Positions 34,899 through 43,918 of a DNA stretch of 64,000 nucleotides are shown here, piece by piece. The notes beneath the pieces were generated by a model. It had not been told where the DNA came from, ran no database searches, and saw only the letters and a list, made by a program, of their open reading frames with translations. Each line of letters starts with the position of its first letter. Within the stretch, counting starts at the first letter, position 1. The translations under genes and the position numbers were made by a program. Location: positions 32,001-96,000 of the IMG/VR virus record IMGVR_UViG_3300026522_000001, one strand, 5' to 3'. Source of the stretch: a virus.

Positions 34899-35136
34899 AA
34901 AAGATTTATCATGGCATGAAAAGCTAAAGTATATTTGGTGTGTTTTTAGATATTCAAAACATATGGCAAATTGGGTTGTGATGGATTGTGAGTATTGTCA
35001 TCATTATGAATTGGAAAGAACTGGGAATCCGATAATAAGCGATGTCAATGGACAAAAAGAGTTCCAGCAAAAATATAGATGCTTACATTGTGGTGCTATT
35101 GGAATAGTTACGCAAATATGGGTTAAGGAGCATTGA
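34879..35136 (+). CDS. zinc-ribbon protein
   Basis: CEYCHH...CLHCG. Confidence 0.4.
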   Translation: MVKKSNKKDLSWHEKLKYIWCVFRYSKHMANWVVMDCEYCHHYELERTGNPIISDVNGQKEFQQKYRCLHCGAIGIVTQIWVKEH

Positions 35137-35325
35137 GTATGTCAGAAAATACAATGATATTCTTTGATACGTGGGAAGAATTTGAAAAACAATATGGATT
35201 TCATGATAGTAAACAGGTATATATGTTTGGCAATACTATGCTTACACCAAGTTTTAGAATACAGTAATGGTTAGACTATATAGAAGATATGAGATATAAG
35301 AGACAGTTTAGGAGCAGGAAGAATA

Positions 35326-35520
35326 ATGAAAATCGGTGCTAAAGCAAGAGTAATTGCTCAACAGTCAGTATATTCAGAAGAGAATGTTAGTCTTATCAGA
35401 GAAGAAGATAATGAATACATATTTACTAATGAAAAACATAAATGTGGTACATTGATAGTTAATAAAAATTTAGCACATGATTTTATTGTGTGGGAGTGTA
35501 GTTCAGATGGCAAAGAATAA
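35326..35520 (+). CDS. hypothetical protein
   Basis: 64-aa ORF with a GGAG RBS. Confidence 0.35.
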   Translation: MKIGAKARVIAQQSVYSEENVSLIREEDNEYIFTNEKHKCGTLIVNKNLAHDFIVWECSSDGKE

Positions 35521-35899
35521 AGCAGAGCAATATTGCAAATTACCAATTCCAATTACGGCATATCAGACAGATAAAGAGTTTGATATTGAAACGCTTGAAG
35601 GAACACATCATGCAAGCATTGGTGATTGAATAATTACAGGAGTAAAAGGTGAGCAATATCCATGTAAGCCAGATATTTTCGCGAAGACATATATTAAATG
35701 TGGTCAAGCGAATAAGATGGAACAGGTCGTGGCGATGTTTGGAAAAAAACTAAATGAAGAGTTTACTATTAAATATGAAGGTAGACGCTATAGGGCATAC
35801 TTTAAGAAAAGTGGAATTAGAGTACGTGGTTTATATTATATGGATTGGAACAATGTTCTTGTTGGACTTCTTACCGGGGAATCGACAATTATTGACTGA
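35507..35899 (+). CDS. PGDYG-like protein, one frame interrupted by a single in-frame TGA (35627-35629): readthrough product or fresh pseudogene
   Basis: The frame reads ATG 35507 ... HHASIGD-TGA-IITGVKGEQYPCKPDIFAKTY and continues without another stop into ORF 35717-35899. The TGA falls where the family motif GDWI has Trp. Confidence 0.45.
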
Positions 35900-36059
35900 A
35901 TTAGATTGGCTTGACTAATAAAAATGAAGTGTAATAATGGAACTAGAAAATTTCCTGTATTTACATTGTGGTGAGCACAGAAAAATTACGCATTTATTAT
36001 CAGTTTAGAAAAAGCCACTTGATAAAACAGAGGAGTAAAAACAGAAGGAGGTAATTAGT

Positions 36060-36293
36060 ATGAAACCACTATATATAGGAAACAATGTTTATATTGACAG
36101 CAATACAATTTTATGTATTATGTCAGCATGGCATTCTGAAGCAAAGAAACTTATTGCACAAGCAAAGAAAGAAAATACTCTTTTGGATTTTACGTCAGGT
36201 AATGCAAGACAATCTGTCATTATTCTTAATACAGGTAGTATCATTATTTCAACAGTATTGCCAAATGATATTGCTGATAATATAGAAAGCTGA
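36060..36293 (+). CDS. hypothetical protein
   Basis: 77-aa ORF with a GGAGG RBS. It is the last gene of the rightward module. Confidence 0.45.
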   Translation: MKPLYIGNNVYIDSNTILCIMSAWHSEAKKLIAQAKKENTLLDFTSGNARQSVIILNTGSIIISTVLPNDIADNIES

Positions 36294-36367
36294 AATATAA
36301 CATAGCAAGTAAACTATATAATTATACATCCAAATCGGCAGAGAATAAAAAAGATAAAAAGAGAAAG

Positions 36368-36400
36368 CCCTCAAGCAGAAAAGCCTTGAGGGTGTTTTTT
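36368..36400 (+). terminator. rho-independent terminator ending the early module
   Basis: Stem CCCTCAAG/CTTGAGGG followed by a T-run. Confidence 0.75.
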
Positions 36401-36628
36401 ATATAAAGCTATATAGCTTGTGGCAAAGAAAAAGAAAAGAAATGGTGGTGTATATACATATTACAAATCAAAATCTATCAAAAAATTTTATAGCTAAAAA
36501 GAATACATAGATATAATAAAAAGAGGGGTATACTTAATAGGCAATGCTAATAAGTTAAGCAAAAACAGTTTCAAAGCAAAAGTACCCAATTCTCAATCAA
36601 AGAGAAAATAGTTTCCGATTTTCATTTG

Positions 36629-37513
36629 TTATCCTCTTTTTCTTATTAAAATTCTGGCGTATTTAGATTTACCATTGATAGCAACACGACCACCGACTAA
36701 AAATTCTTTTGGTACAGTGTATCTGTCAAGACCAACTATTTCAAATTGTTCTGGATTATATTTATCAAGAAATGTAATCGGCACACCCATTACACCATTA
36801 TAATCAATAGGTATATCAGCAACGTGTCCTACTTCAATACCATCATAACCATCATATTTAGGGTATTCTTCTGTCGTATAATGTTTCCATAAAATCAGCT
36901 TTTCATGCCGCTTTGCAACATCCAAATTTGTGAACCAACCAACATTGCCAAACTTCTTAATACTACCACCAGGCTGTAAAAACTCTTTTACATTCGTATA
37001 GCCAAGCCATACTTTGTTATCCTTTAGTAACGGAAAGAACTCTTTGTATGTGATTGCGTTTTTATTCCCGATAATCAGAAACTTCTTCTCATGCTCCATC
37101 AGAACAGCCACATACTCACGAAACAGGCTGAAAGGCGGGTTCGTTACAACAATATCTGCCTCGTCCAAAATGTCAAGACATTCCTGATTACGGAAGTCAC
37201 CATTACCCTCTAACGTGGTCTTTACACCGACCTCAATATCATTGTCATTGCCACCTGTGTATTCCATCTTATAGGTAGGTTGAGTTTTATCATAATGAGT
37301 GGAAATTAGCTTCTTGAGACCAAGAGCTGAGAAGTTCAGAAGGAAATATTTCCAAAATGCTGACAAAGTGGGGTCATCACAATTACAGAGTATGGTCTTA
37401 TCCTTAAAATGCTGCTTATAATGCATCAGCTCCTTTGATACATCTGTGAGCTGAGTATAGAACTCATCATTCTTCGCATCTTTTGCTTTATGAAGATTTG
37501 CATTTGTTGACAT
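36629..37513 (-). CDS. orphan N6-adenine DNA methyltransferase (EcoRI-methylase-like family)
   Basis: Catalytic motif IVVTNPPFS (NPPF) and the N-terminal KNDEFYT motif. No adjacent endonuclease gene. Confidence 0.75.
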   Translation of the reverse strand: MSTNANLHKAKDAKNDEFYTQLTDVSKELMHYKQHFKDKTILCNCDDPTLSAFWKYFLLNFSALGLKKLISTHYDKTQPTYKMEYTGGNDNDIEVGVKTTLEGNGDFRNQECLDILDEADIVVTNPPFSLFREYVAVLMEHEKKFLIIGNKNAITYKEFFPLLKDNKVWLGYTNVKEFLQPGGSIKKFGNVGWFTNLDVAKRHEKLILWKHYTTEEYPKYDGYDGIEVGHVADIPIDYNGVMGVPITFLDKYNPEQFEIVGLDRYTVPKEFLVGGRVAINGKSKYARILIRKRG

Positions 37514-37547
37514 ATATACTATTACGTCCTTTCTTATAAAGTAACGG

Positions 37548-37612
37548 TATAGTGGTACTCCGAGAGTAAAGAAATATGCCTATCTTCTGACAAGCAAATC
37601 AGTACCACTATA
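37548..37612 (-). promoter_or_regulatory. 12-bp perfect inverted repeat in the methyltransferase leader
   Basis: TATAGTGGTACT (37548-37559) pairs with AGTACCACTATA (37601-37612), 35-100 nt upstream of the ATG. Confidence 0.5.
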
Positions 37613-38175
37613 GTATCCCTATCCATTAGTAATTATACTACTATAAAGTTGTAAATGCAACTTTTTATATACTATAAAAGAACTGGTTATGTTTCGGCAA
37701 TAAGAGAAAGAAAGAGAACATTTATATTACTAAAAATCCGGTAGTAAAAGAAAAGAAGAAAAGCGTATGTATAAATTATACTATATAGAGAGTATAGAAA
37801 GAAAGAGAGAGAGAAACAAACTATATATAAGAATACTATATAAACACTCTATAAAATTAAATAGAAAGTTTTAGGTTTTTATTATGTGATGTTATAAAAT
37901 TTAGAATATAGAATAGAGCAATGTGTATATACAGAACCAAATAGAAAATCTCAAAAAATTTTTCATCATGGGTTGTACAGCTGGCCCAATCTCAAAACTT
38001 GAATCCACGGGGCCTATATTCACTTTTAATATTTCAATAATATTTTTATAATTTTATAATATTTAATTTTTATATAATATTTTTATAATACATAGTAACA
38101 TGATAGGCTATCAATAAGATAGGTTATAAAATTGATAGGCTATAAAACATAGTGAAAAGATATGTAATAAAGAGA

Positions 38176-38211
38176 AGAAAAAAAAGAGGAAGAATTTTTT
38201 TTCTTCCTCTT
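38176..38211 (-). terminator. rho-independent terminator
   Basis: 11-bp stem AAGAGGAAGAA/TTCTTCCTCTT followed by a T-run on the minus strand. Confidence 0.75.
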
Positions 38212-38219
38212 TGAGATAT

Positions 38220-38486
38220 TTACTCACAGTAAACTTTTTTGTAATGCTCTTGTAACTCCCTGAAATATTCGAGAGTTTCTTTCACGGAATCGGCATAAGA
38301 TTCCGATTCAGTGGTATTTTCTGCCATGCCAGTGCCAAGCGTCTGCTCTGCCCAAATATGGAATACTTTTTTATACGGATTCCATGCATACGCGATGTTT
38401 CCTCTCCAAAAATGGGACGGTCTATCCCATGCATCATAGGCACAGCCAGCGCTAAAATGTATTGGACGAAACTTATGTTCATTCAT
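38220..38486 (-). CDS. hypothetical protein (GC-rich island)
   Basis: 88 aa, Trp/His-rich. Start and stop overlap with the upstream gene (ATGA). Confidence 0.45.
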   Translation of the reverse strand: MNEHKFRPIHFSAGCAYDAWDRPSHFWRGNIAYAWNPYKKVFHIWAEQTLGTGMAENTTESESYADSVKETLEYFRELQEHYKKVYCE

Positions 38487-38959
38487 TCTTTCTTCTCTCC
38501 CTTCTGGGCTTTGACGGCCTTGCTAGCGGCCTTGCTAGTGGCCTTCTTGACTGTTGTCTTGCTAGTGACTTTCGCCGCCTGCACGACAGGCTTATTAGAT
38601 GGCGCGCTAGGGGCTTTTGCGGGCTTGTCCTCCGCTGTCTTGTCACGCCTATGGGACTTATACGGCGTGACTTCTTCCCACGCCTGCCCTACAGACTTGA
38701 AGAAGTTCGTACTCTTGAGAAGTTCGTCAAGCGCCTGCGCGAATGACATGCCATTCGCCGTGCCGTAGCGACGAATGACGGTGCTTGCCCGCCCGCTAAT
38801 TCTCACAGGCACGCTTTCACCTGTCCAGCTTTTTGCTTTTGCTTTGAGAACGGCCGCCTTCTTAGCCTCCTCTTTTGCGTTCTCTTTGCAGGCCGGGCAG
38901 ATGACTTCTCTACCCGTCGCAACGAACTCGTGACCGCACTTAACACAATACTTTTTCAT
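38483..38959 (-). CDS. zinc-ribbon protein with a Lys/Ala-rich histone-H1-like tail
   Basis: N-terminal CVKCG...CPAC and a C-terminal tail KPAKAPSAPSNKPVVQAAKVTSKTTVKKATSKAASKAVKAQKGEKKE. The DNA is visibly GC-rich. Confidence 0.5.
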   Translation of the reverse strand: MKKYCVKCGHEFVATGREVICPACKENAKEEAKKAAVLKAKAKSWTGESVPVRISGRASTVIRRYGTANGMSFAQALDELLKSTNFFKSVGQAWEEVTPYKSHRRDKTAEDKPAKAPSAPSNKPVVQAAKVTSKTTVKKATSKAASKAVKAQKGEKKE

Positions 38960-39590
38960 GATAGAACTCCTTTCTGCCGTCTCTTGACGGCAACACCAAT
39001 TAATTTTGTCTTGTTCCCTTGGAACAATTATATATTACTACGCCGCCACAAAAATTGCAATTATAAAAGCATTAAAAATAAAATTAGAGAAATCGCTGGT
39101 GTAGGCCTGTAGGCAAAATATCTTTTTCCTTCTATATATAGGAAGGAAAATGTACTGTATATACACAAGCAGGAAATATACACACTTTCTTCTATTATAT
39201 AGAAAGAAAAAGCTAGCACGCTTGACTATATACTGCATATCAGGCAGGTATGTTATTATATGCTATATATATATACGCCTATATATCCTTATATATAATA
39301 TTATCTATGTTTCACGTGAAACATCTATATAGCGCCCTATAATTGTATCTATAATTGTATATGATTTTGGTTTGAAATTTTTTTTGAGATAAGATTTTTT
39401 CGTTGTTGCTTTCTATATAGCTATAATTATACTATGTTGTTTATGCCGATTTTTGCCCTTTTTCACTGTTAAAATCTTGTGATAATCTTGCTAAAATCTT
39501 TATGTTTTTAGGCTATATTTTATGCTATGTTTGCTATAATTGTGTTCTCTATTTAGCTATATAGATGTATCTATAATTGTGTTTATATAC

Positions 39591-39610
39591 TTATCCACAT
39601 CTTATCCACT
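39591..39610 (+). promoter_or_regulatory. two adjacent DnaA-box matches
   Basis: TTATCCACA (39591-39599, 9/9 match) and TTATCCACT (39602-39610, 8/9 match). Confidence 0.55.
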
Positions 39611-39657
39611 TTATACACATCTATAATTGTCTATAATTGTCTGTCTGCGAATTTCAG

Positions 39658-39830
39658 ACGATTTACCACTATCTTTTGCCATATTGTATATATATATAGC
39701 TATAATCACATATAATTTTTCTAAAACGATTTACCACATCTTTTTGCCAATCTATATATATAAAATCTAAAAAACGATTTGCCACTATCTTTTGCCAATC
39801 TATATATATATAGCTATATTACATTTCTTT
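39658..39830 (+). repeat. three tandem copies of a unit of about 55 nt
   Basis: ACGATTTACCAC(T)ATCTTTTGCCAATCTATATATATA occurs three times with small differences. Confidence 0.7.
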
Positions 39831-40442
39831 TTTCTATTGATAATGGTAAAACTATTTTACCATTTATATTCTTTTCTATATAGTGTATCTTTTCCTATAT
39901 AGTTTTACCTCTATATAGTATATTCTTTATTACTCTTATTCTCTATATTACTATAATTGTATAATATCCTTTTCTTTTTTTGTTTACTGCCGGAAGGTGA
40001 AATGATTTATTCTTTATGTTGTTACTACTCTTATTCTATATAGTATACTCTTTTTCTTTTTCTCTTTTGTTTACTGCCGAATAATCTATGATATATTCTC
40101 TATATAGCTATATATGTTATAATTGTTATACATTCTTTTCTTTTTTCTTTTTTCTTTCTGCCGCGCTGAAAGTTGATATAATTGTAGATATACTGTTTAT
40201 ATACTGTTGATACACTGTTGATATAATTGTGTTATATTTTATACACATATCTATGTTATAATTCTTGTTATTTATTATGTGATAAATTATAACATAAATT
40301 ATCGTATTCTTATGTTACACCTTATAGTATAATTGTTATTATAATCATTGTTATATTAAGTATTTTTATTGATTTTTCATATGGATAATATATAATTGAT
40401 TCTATCTATATATTACAGACGTTTTTCCCATATATATTGTAT

Positions 40443-40471
40443 AAAAAAAATAGCTCCATTGATGGAGCTAT
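40443..40471 (-). terminator. rho-independent terminator
   Basis: Stem TAGCTCCAT/ATGGAGCTA followed by T8 on the minus strand. Confidence 0.75.
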
Positions 40472-40486
40472 AAAACATATTATCTT

Positions 40487-40684
40487 TTATTCTGCTTTTG
40501 CCGCAAAATCACCGCAACATACAGTTTTTGCAGTAGCAGAATATCTCACTAGGGAATAATCATATTCCCATGTGTTGAAATTGTTTTTTGCATACTGATA
40601 GTATGCATTAACAACCGCCTGTTCTGGTGGAACAGTATAGATATATGCATTCCTTGTTCCGAGCTGATACACAATAGTTTTCAT
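40487..40684 (-). CDS. hypothetical protein
   Basis: 65-aa ORF with a GGAG RBS. Confidence 0.45.
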   Translation of the reverse strand: MKTIVYQLGTRNAYIYTVPPEQAVVNAYYQYAKNNFNTWEYDYSLVRYSATAKTVCCGDFAAKAE

Positions 40685-40765
40685 GATAATCTCTCCTTTA
40701 GTTCAGTTTGTTCTCTAACTCTCTATATTGTTTGAGAGTTGAGATTCTTTTTCTAACTGCTAATC

Positions 40766-41119
40766 TCATTTTTCCACTTCTTTCTTAATTTTCATAATCA
40801 GCCGCGCCGCCTGATACAGTGCGCGTGCTTGTACGTCAATCCATGTTTCCTGTTTGTTCGGGCGACGTTCTCCGCCCTTTGTTTTCTTGATTTCAGATGG
40901 CGTACAAAGACGATGACAGATGTCAATGTTATAAATCAATGCACATCCTCCCTCGCTATACTGTTTCCAGTTATCAGCGCCGTTGAGAAGATTCTTTTCA
41001 GTGATTTCTTCATCATCTATGCTATCCAATATATCAATAGCATAGAGAATTACTCCCTTCTTCCACGCGGAACGAGCTTTTTCTTCCATAATTGCTTTTT
41101 TGATTTCTTCTTTCGTCAT
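40766..41119 (-). CDS. hypothetical protein (MTKEEIKK family)
   Basis: I moved the start to Met-19, which has a GAGGAAG RBS. The 5' region is homologous to 55196-55262. The local DNA is GC-elevated. Confidence 0.5.
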   Translation of the reverse strand: MTKEEIKKAIMEEKARSAWKKGVILYAIDILDSIDDEEITEKNLLNGADNWKQYSEGGCALIYNIDICHRLCTPSEIKKTKGGERRPNKQETWIDVQARALYQAARLIMKIKKEVEK

Positions 41120-41233
41120 TTTTATCTTCCTCTCTTTCCTGCCCTTATGGGCAACACTTGTTTCAACTTTCAACTATATATTAACACTTTTTGCCATCGT
41201 TGTCTTTAGAATAGCATTAAAATTTCACTAAGG

Positions 41234-41270
41234 CAAAAAAAAATAAGAGGAAAAATATCTTTCCTCTTAT
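41234..41270 (-). terminator. rho-independent terminator
   Basis: 11-bp stem ATAAGAGGAAA/TTTCCTCTTAT followed by T9 on the minus strand. Confidence 0.75.
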
Positions 41271-41279
41271 GGTTGATAT

Positions 41280-41480
41280 TTATTTGTTGAAACTCTTTTT
41301 AAATCTTTCTAAAGATTCTCTAACTTCTTCTCTTGATTTTACACTATAACTGAATCCCATTTTAACACCAATATCTCTATCCCTGTATTCTTCTTCTACA
41401 ACGAAATTTTTATTCGTTGTACTATATGAAACAGTAATTCTATTATCACCAAAAATATAACCAGCCATTGCGATTTTCAT
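41280..41480 (-). CDS. hypothetical protein
   Basis: 66-aa ORF. Confidence 0.4.
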   Translation of the reverse strand: MKIAMAGYIFGDNRITVSYSTTNKNFVVEEEYRDRDIGVKMGFSYSVKSREEVRESLERFKKSFNK

Positions 41481-41517
41481 AATACATCTTTCCTTTCTTT
41501 GTTCTTTTTCATGATTT

Positions 41518-41712
41518 TTAATCCATACAATAGACTATGTGGTAGCTTTCAGACTGATGTGTTTTGTGTACGGCCCATCTGTAGCCCCGCCACTTTATCC
41601 ACTCGATCTCGTTGGCTACATCATAATGTAGCTGGCGGGTGATATAGATAGTTTTAAAGATGTTGCGTTCCGGTCTATCCTGCCGGATTGCTACTGTGAT
41701 TTTGTCCATCAT
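41518..41712 (-). CDS. hypothetical protein
   Basis: 64-aa ORF with a GGAGGAG RBS. Confidence 0.45.
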   Translation of the reverse strand: MMDKITVAIRQDRPERNIFKTIYITRQLHYDVANEIEWIKWRGYRWAVHKTHQSESYHIVYCMD

Positions 41713-41760
41713 TTCATTCCACTCCTCCTTTTCTTTTGGCCTTCCTTTCGGCTTATGTCA

Positions 41761-41808
41761 AGTATACCACATTCTCGCCGTGTCTGTACAGTTAAAATTT
41801 TATTAAAA
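41761..41808 (-). promoter_or_regulatory. promoter with a conserved A/T UP-like element
   Basis: On the minus strand, TTTTAATAAAATTTTAAC, then TGTACA, an 18-nt spacer, and TGgTATACT. Confidence 0.5.
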
Positions 41809-42253
41809 CATTCTTAACAGCTAAACGATTTCTTGTTGCTATGTATATATAGAAGAAAAGTTATAAAAATAATGCTAAAATATGTGTTCGCGCTTTATTC
41901 TACAAGGCTTTACATGCTTTTCACTATACTATGTTTAGCCAGTCTTTTTATATCTGTTAGCTACAATACATATATTCAAGGTATGTATTATATTTCTTAT
42001 CTATCTTATATTTCATAATTATCATATATGTATTATCTATCTTATATGTATTGTATGATATATGTATGTGTATATGTGTATACATATGTGCATACATGCA
42101 CAGGCTAAATAAATCTTAATATCTCAATGATTCTTTATTGCCTGCCCTATAATTGTATTTGTTTTTGAAAAACATTTTGGTTAAAAATAGTTAAGCACCT
42201 ATCAATATCTTATCACATTCTATAATTGTATTTGATTTCAAAAAACATTTTAG

Positions 42254-42288
42254 ACAAAAAAATAGCCACTAGATATTATTTCTAGTGA
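42254..42288 (-). terminator. rho-independent terminator
   Basis: On the minus strand, stem GTCACTAG/CTAGTGGC followed by T7. Confidence 0.65.
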
Positions 42289-42302
42289 CTAAATATCTTA
42301 TG

Positions 42303-42662
42303 TTAATGCCTATCTTCGTCTACATCATTGATATATTCTTTGATGCAGTCCATTTCTCCCATAACTTCTTTATACAGTTTCTTTGATATTCTCTTATTGG
42401 CGCTTGCCGATAAAAGAATACTTTCGATGTTTCTCAAACTAACTTCAATTTTATCAATGCAAGCATCAAGATTTCCTGCACTCTCTTCCAACAAATCTGT
42501 GTACCTGCTATAATCTTCAAGTCTCTTTTCTTCTTTTTCAACCTTTCTTTCTTCTTTTTCAAACACATCAAATATGTCGTTTGATATGTCATAACCTAAT
42601 ACTTTATCTAGGTAATTCCGCACATCATACTTATCATCAAAATAAACATTTTGGCTATTCAT
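42303..42662 (-). CDS. hypothetical coiled-coil protein
   Basis: 119-aa ORF. Confidence 0.45.
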   Translation of the reverse strand: MNSQNVYFDDKYDVRNYLDKVLGYDISNDIFDVFEKEERKVEKEEKRLEDYSRYTDLLEESAGNLDACIDKIEVSLRNIESILLSASANKRISKKLYKEVMGEMDCIKEYINDVDEDRH

Positions 42663-42688
42663 TTCTAATCCTTCTTTCTATCTTTTAA

Positions 42689-42925
42689 TTATTTTACTTC
42701 ACGCAATTCACAATACGGGTTGCCATCATAATCTACATAGATAACCCCCTTGTTAGTAGCATCTAAGTCAATTTTATATGGGTCATCAAGACCCAATTTT
42801 TTACAGATACTTGATTTAGATGTATCTGTATAAATGATGATGCCTGTTGGGATTACATCATTCACACTATACCCACCTTCTTCGTTTCTCCAAACGTCAT
42901 AGTCAAAGATTTCGTACTTTTTCAT
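42689..42925 (-). CDS. hypothetical protein
   Basis: 78-aa ORF with a GGAGGAG RBS. Confidence 0.45.
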   Translation of the reverse strand: MKKYEIFDYDVWRNEEGGYSVNDVIPTGIIIYTDTSKSSICKKLGLDDPYKIDLDATNKGVIYVDYDGNPYCELREVK

Positions 42926-43038
42926 ATTTTTCTCCTCCTATCGTGCCATATGGGCTTCCCTACGGCCTGCCTTGTTTTTCTTTACACCTATAATATAGCA
43001 CAAATAAGGCTATTTTACAAGTTAGAATTAAATTAAAA

Positions 43039-43254
43039 TTATTGGTCAGCACGCATACACTCATCAAGATAAATCTTGCGATTGTGTGAAACAAAATAGC
43101 TACGCTCTTTTTCATACCGTATTTTAGAATATCTTGTCTTTTCCACTTTACCACAGATATTCCATGAAAACTTGATTTTATCGTCGATGTCATAGATAAC
43201 ATCATAAATGATAATACAAACGTTTTCTGTTACTGGATAATAAGCCTTAATCAT
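43039..43254 (-). CDS. hypothetical protein
   Basis: 71-aa ORF with a GGAGG RBS. I preferred it over the overlapping ORF 42960-43205. Confidence 0.4.
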   Translation of the reverse strand: MIKAYYPVTENVCIIIYDVIYDIDDKIKFSWNICGKVEKTRYSKIRYEKERSYFVSHNRKIYLDECMRADQ

Positions 43255-43471
43255 TTTTAATTCCTCCTATCATTGCAACGTGTTCACACATCCAATTACG
43301 GAGTGCTTGATGGAAAATCAACAAATCATCACTAGATTTGTAATTCTTTTCCATCTTCTTGATAATAAGAAACATCACATAAGCCTTTTCTGAATAAGAA
43401 ATCAGCTTATTTTCATTGATTTTGTTGAGTTTCTTATTCAACAAATTGATAATATTTTCATACTTTTCCAT
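43247..43471 (-). CDS. hypothetical protein
   Basis: 74-aa ORF. A promoter (TTGCAA, 17-nt spacer, TGTATAAT) lies at 43501-43529. Confidence 0.45.
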   Translation of the reverse strand: MEKYENIINLLNKKLNKINENKLISYSEKAYVMFLIIKKMEKNYKSSDDLLIFHQALRNWMCEHVAMIGGIKND

Positions 43472-43541
43472 ACTTTTCTCCTCCTCCTGTTTCTGTCCTT
43501 ATTATACAGTATGAGAACTGGAATTGCAAATTAAAATTTTA

Positions 43542-43874
43542 TTAATATAAAATTAACGTACCGTGCACTTTTAAGTATCTCAAGAATGTTTCATCATCGT
43601 CTAAAACATATATAGATGGTACTAGCTCTGTTTCAACTCCAATCTTATTATTATATATTCCATTGGCTATCTGTACTGCTTTTTTCAAGTCTTTTTGTTC
43701 ATCATCAAAGTAATATTCTAAACAAACATTATTTTTTAAGATAATAACATAGTGCTTTTTCTTTTTATATTTTATATGATAAACAGAAAGTATCTTCTTG
43801 ATGTATTTATACTTTCTTTTAGGTACAAGCTCGTAGGCTATAATTGTATTCGTGTATCTATACAGCTGTCTCAT
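43542..43874 (-). CDS. hypothetical protein
   Basis: 110-aa ORF. Confidence 0.4.
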   Translation of the reverse strand: MRQLYRYTNTIIAYELVPKRKYKYIKKILSVYHIKYKKKKHYVIILKNNVCLEYYFDDEQKDLKKAVQIANGIYNNKIGVETELVPSIYVLDDDETFLRYLKVHGTLILY

Positions 43875-43918
43875 AAAGCATCATCCCTTAAATATATATA
43901 TCTATAATTGTAGTTGTA

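Larger units (their letters stand above)
39337..40400. repeat. origin-like iteron field
   Basis: At least 7 exact CTATAATTGT copies and at least 5 variants are present, all in the same orientation. The region also holds tandem repeats of about 55 nt and TTTGTTTACTGCCG repeats, has no ORF, and is AT-rich. Confidence 0.55.

Noticed and set aside
36331-36365. Short shared sequence AAATCGGCAGAGAATAA, also found at 53481-53497.
   Set aside because: Only about 17 nt are identical, and the similarity decays quickly in A-rich flanks. That is too short to call a repeat element. It is noted only as a possible module-boundary sequence.
39337-40400. CRISPR array, considered because of many short direct repeats.
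   Set aside because: The repeats are only 10 nt, irregularly spaced, mixed with other repeat families and with DnaA boxes, and there are no cas genes. The region fits an iteron origin much better.
42960-43205. 81-aa ORF overlapping 43039-43254.
   Set aside because: The alternative ORF 43039-43254 has a GGAGG RBS and is coupled by start-stop overlap to the upstream gene. This ORF has neither feature.
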